DNA of 64,000 nt, from IMG/VR virus record IMGVR_UViG_3300050821_018050, positions 95,806 through 159,805 of that record; one strand, 5' to 3'. Made by a program: the position numbers and the translations under genes. The DNA is from a virus. Below, one piece after another: positions 61,737 to 64,000 of the stretch. How positions within the stretch are numbered: the stretch's first letter is position 1; every line of letters starts with the position of its first letter. The notes beneath the pieces were generated by a model. That model did not search any database. It was not told the origin of the DNA and saw only the letters and a list, made by a program, of their open reading frames with translations.

Positions 61737-62697
61737 TCTCTACTCTTTTAATAAATTTATCAAATTCTTTAGCGTGGCACGCTAAATTCAGTCTAGCATA
61801 GTGATTATTTACTCCACAATCTGACCCAGACATAGAAATAATACCATAATATTCCTCCAGATGCAACGGGAGATCAGAAAGGCTCGGAGCATGTAACCAA
61901 ATAAACATTCCTTTTCCGTTATTCATAGGAATGATGGCCGTACCATCAAACGCATCCATTACCTTACTCCATCGATACTGTAATTCTCCACTAGCCCAGC
62001 TAAAAACATCTTCACCATCGACTAATTTTGATTCTGCATAGGAAATATAATTTGATGCTTTAGATTGCGTATCAACACTGACACCAGCAGTGGAATACTC
62101 TACATAATGTCGCATTTCCTCCGCCAATAGAGGATTTTTAGTAATTGCCCAACCTAATCGTAATCCAGCCAGCCCCATAGCTTTGGATAAACTGTATAAA
62201 GAAATATCTGGCAGAACAGAATTAACTATACCAAAAGAAACATATTGAGGCCAGTTATAGCATGAATCTACTGTAGAAGCTGACAGAATTTCTTCGAGTG
62301 GGGCAACTGCTCCGTCTGGATTATTTGGAGATATTAGGAAATGGTTCCAAGAATCTTGGCTTATTAGTAGATTCTGTTTGTATCCACCCATGATACAAAG
62401 TTCTGGGATGCGCGGCCAGTACGGCACTTTTACCTTCAGATGAATAAGTTTTTTGGCATACATTGAAGCACTAATTAATTGGCTAGCTCCATTGCCAATT
62501 ACTATATTATCTGGGACTAAACGAAATCCATGTATAGATTCATGTAAATTAATTATTGACTGAATAAGTTTATTATTTACAATAGGATAGTCGTAAATGG
62601 AATCAGATGAAACAATTTCAGAAACAGAATTATTGGCCCAATATTCTTGATAAAAGGACGGTTCACCAACCTTAAGATTGATCGTCTCCCTCGTCAT
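61705..62697 (-). CDS. fold-type-I PLP aminotransferase, TAA1/alliinase-like
   Basis: INL..GEP..Y.EYW, IVIG.G.SQL, SPNNPDG, D..Y.WP.Y, SLSK..G.AG.R.GWA, GVS...Q. Confidence 0.8.
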   Translation of the reverse strand: MTRETINLKVGEPSFYQEYWANNSVSEIVSSDSIYDYPIVNNKLIQSIINLHESIHGFRLVPDNIVIGNGASQLISASMYAKKLIHLKVKVPYWPRIPELCIMGGYKQNLLISQDSWNHFLISPNNPDGAVAPLEEILSASTVDSCYNWPQYVSFGIVNSVLPDISLYSLSKAMGLAGLRLGWAITKNPLLAEEMRHYVEYSTAGVSVDTQSKASNYISYAESKLVDGEDVFSWASGELQYRWSKVMDAFDGTAIIPMNNGKGMFIWLHAPSLSDLPLHLEEYYGIISMSGSDCGVNNHYARLNLACHAKEFDKFIKRVENAKIITSNKP

Positions 62698-62956
62698 CTG
62701 AAATTCCCATCCTTTCTTTAAATCTAGTGTTGTCTATTTCGGCATCTTTTTCATTTATTTCTTCAATATCTGCCAATCTTTCAACTGCCCTGGCCATTAA
62801 TCCATTATCTAAATGATCCATTACTCTAACCGTACCAGCTTTTAGCTGATTTGTCGACAGCTCTCCACAAGTGGGGCAAGGAAGCGTCTTTTCACGTATT
62901 TTTAAGAGTTTGGTAAACACTCCATGTGATTTACAGAGATAACTAAACAGCGGCAT
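62672..62956 (-). CDS. FmdB-like zinc-ribbon protein
   Basis: MPLFSY.C..H..F......CP.CG; start moved from 63040. Confidence 0.75.
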   Translation of the reverse strand: MPLFSYLCKSHGVFTKLLKIREKTLPCPTCGELSTNQLKAGTVRVMDHLDNGLMARAVERLADIEEINEKDAEIDNTRFKERMGISDDEGDDQS

Positions 62957-64000
62957 TGATAGACCCACGTTCGCCAACTGTTTGTTCCCACCGACGAATA
63001 GACGCCGCTTCCGCAGCATCTTCAGCAGGATCACGGCCAAATGCGATTACACCACCAACCGTACCCAGTAGAGAGGCGATCGATAAACTATTGCGAATTG
63101 CTTCTAAGACTGCGGGAACTGAATCTAAAAGGTCATTTTTGGGAACCCACATTTGTTCTGAAACATCATAAGTTTCTTCGTTATTTAATAATAACGCGGC
63201 AAGCTGTGATTCGATCTCTTCTTTTAAGTATCCATAATTTCTATAAATAGTACGAACAGGTTCTACAAGAGCTTCCGATAAAGCAAATAGGGCTAGGCGC
63301 TGGATAAAGGTAAGCTTCATCTCTTTGCTTAGAGCCAGTAAATCTGCTGACAGGCGAACTAATACCCAACCACCGCCAGGACAGGCTCCATGCTTGATAG
63401 CTCCACGAATCGCCATCCATGCGTCCTCTGCACGGTCTCTTTTTTCGCGAATTTCTCCATAACTTGCTCCAAAAATATTGAGTCGCGCAATTCCAGAGGT
63501 AAGTTTACCAATTCGAACCGGAAGCACACGTTTTTCATATTCTGACTCCGGTTTTTCAAGTTGTAATTTTAACTCATTAACCCGCTCTTCAATGGCAATT
63601 AGATCTTCTTCTGCTACGATGGTTGTTTTATATCGTGATGCTTCAAATTCTTTTACCCGGTTCCATTTAAACATATTGTCTGCGTTCACATCAGCAAAAG
63701 GTCGATCAATTGGATTAAATACAGGAGAACCTGTATATGCCTGAAGATCGTATAATAGTTGAGTTGCATGGTTTTTCAGACCGTTTTGTTCGGTTAGGAG
63801 CGGGTAAATTTTAATTTCGGAACGATCATTGTTCCAGTTGAAGTGCATTTCACCAATAAAAGAATCACTAAATCCGTGAGCCATTAGAACTACATTTGTA
63901 TCTTTACCTTTGTTAGCTAAGGCGATTTTATTCATTCCTGTATGAATCTGCATAACGTCATTGATAATTCCATCATAAAGCACGAAAATTGGTTTATCTA
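62943..64000 (-). CDS. GroEL-like chaperonin, 5' end outside window
   Basis: R.GKL..G.A.L...GAS..E..EK.DR.EDA..A...A...G..PGGG; LD...V..A..N..SIA..L. Confidence 0.88.
   Translation of the reverse strand, partial: DKPIFVLYDGIINDVMQIHTGMNKIALANKGKDTNVVLMAHGFSDSFIGEMHFNWNNDRSEIKIYPLLTEQNGLKNHATQLLYDLQAYTGSPVFNPIDRPFADVNADNMFKWNRVKEFEASRYKTTIVAEEDLIAIEERVNELKLQLEKPESEYEKRVLPVRIGKLTSGIARLNIFGASYGEIREKRDRAEDAWMAIRGAIKHGACPGGGWVLVRLSADLLALSKEMKLTFIQRLALFALSEALVEPVRTIYRNYGYLKEEIESQLAALLLNNEETYDVSEQMWVPKNDLLDSVPAVLEAIRNSLSIASLLGTVGGVIAFGRDPAEDAAEAASIRRWEQTVGERGSINAAV

Overview
64 kb segment of a large, AT-rich tailed dsDNA phage (standard genetic code). (1) Positions 1-6.1 kb and 11.6-22.9 kb are two minus-strand arrays of about 95-100 head-to-tail, mostly overlap-coupled small genes. 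Hand translation finds about 58 ORFs of 18-59 aa that fall below the ORF-track cut-off. At least 26 array members share an N-terminal Y-x-W, and many end in an aromatic-x-hydrophobic-E/D-hydrophobic strand around an unrelated middle. This candidate hypervariable microprotein family is the main finding. (2) Plus-strand late islands (GIY-YIG endonuclease + 1588-aa virion protein; six tail/fibre genes; GIY-YIG + lysozyme) are preceded by a CCTAATATT motif, a candidate late promoter. (3) A minus-strand replication/metabolism block encodes DnaB-like helicase, primase, RecA/UvsX, UvsY-like, gp32-like SSB, Pol III alpha, T5 A1-like metallophosphoesterase, class II RNR, RuvC-like resolvase, Rad50/gp46-like ATPase, a plant TAA1/alliinase-like PLP aminotransferase and a GroEL-like chaperonin (truncated at the window edge). 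It also encodes envelope proteases (trypsin-like lipoprotein, TM-PDZ protein, subtilisin). Two structured intergenic RNA candidates (22956-23055, 58931-59049) and many sigma70 promoters that would give leaderless mRNAs are visible. No tRNA, rRNA or CRISPR array was seen. All family assignments come from motif recognition by eye, not database searches.
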